Part shown: positions 63,941 to 64,000 of the stretch, piece by piece
Position numbering within the stretch: position 1 is the stretch's first letter
Layout of the letters: every line of letters starts with the position of its first letter
NCBI RefSeq assembly: GCF_964213995.1
Contig: NW_027590261.1
Span: 496,001 to 560,000, forward strand
Reading direction: 5' to 3'
DNA: 64,000 bases
Source of the DNA: Mustelus asterias
Lineage: Eukaryota
Notes under the pieces: generated by a model
Told to the model about the DNA's origin: nothing
The model's input: only the letters and a program-made list of their open reading frames with translations
Database searches by the model: none
Made by a program: the position numbers and the translations under genes

Positions 63941-64000
63941 TGTATTGTCTCCAGACAGAACAACCTCTGTCTGGAGACAATACACATCTCTTTAACCTGT

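Overview
Eukaryotic genomic DNA from a cartilaginous fish (elasmobranch; the VH leader and SINE style suggest a carcharhiniform shark, which is inference). The right third (~41.7-62.4 kb, + strand) is one complete, germline (unrearranged) shark-type IgM heavy-chain cluster: promoter, leader, VH, D1, D2, JH, a ~10.7 kb J-C intron, Cmu1-Cmu4 with secretory tail, TM1 and TM2. Its RSSs obey the 12/23 rule and its splice phases are compatible. The left two thirds are nested tandem duplications of the VH-upstream region. They contain two VH pseudogenes and four partial copies of an unidentified multi-exon gene relic on the minus strand, head-to-head with the VH promoter. They also hold a thrice-copied octamer/forkhead-containing non-coding block, many CR1/L2 LINE fragments, tRNA-derived SINEs and Penelope-like fragments with minimal hammerhead-ribozyme cores. 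The J-C intron has a G-rich 20-bp tandem repeat next to a C-rich tract, an assembly gap (50001-50169) and CTCF-like motifs. Most short ORFs in the supplied track are repeat or low-complexity artefacts. All alignments were done by eye; repeat and relic boundaries are approximate.
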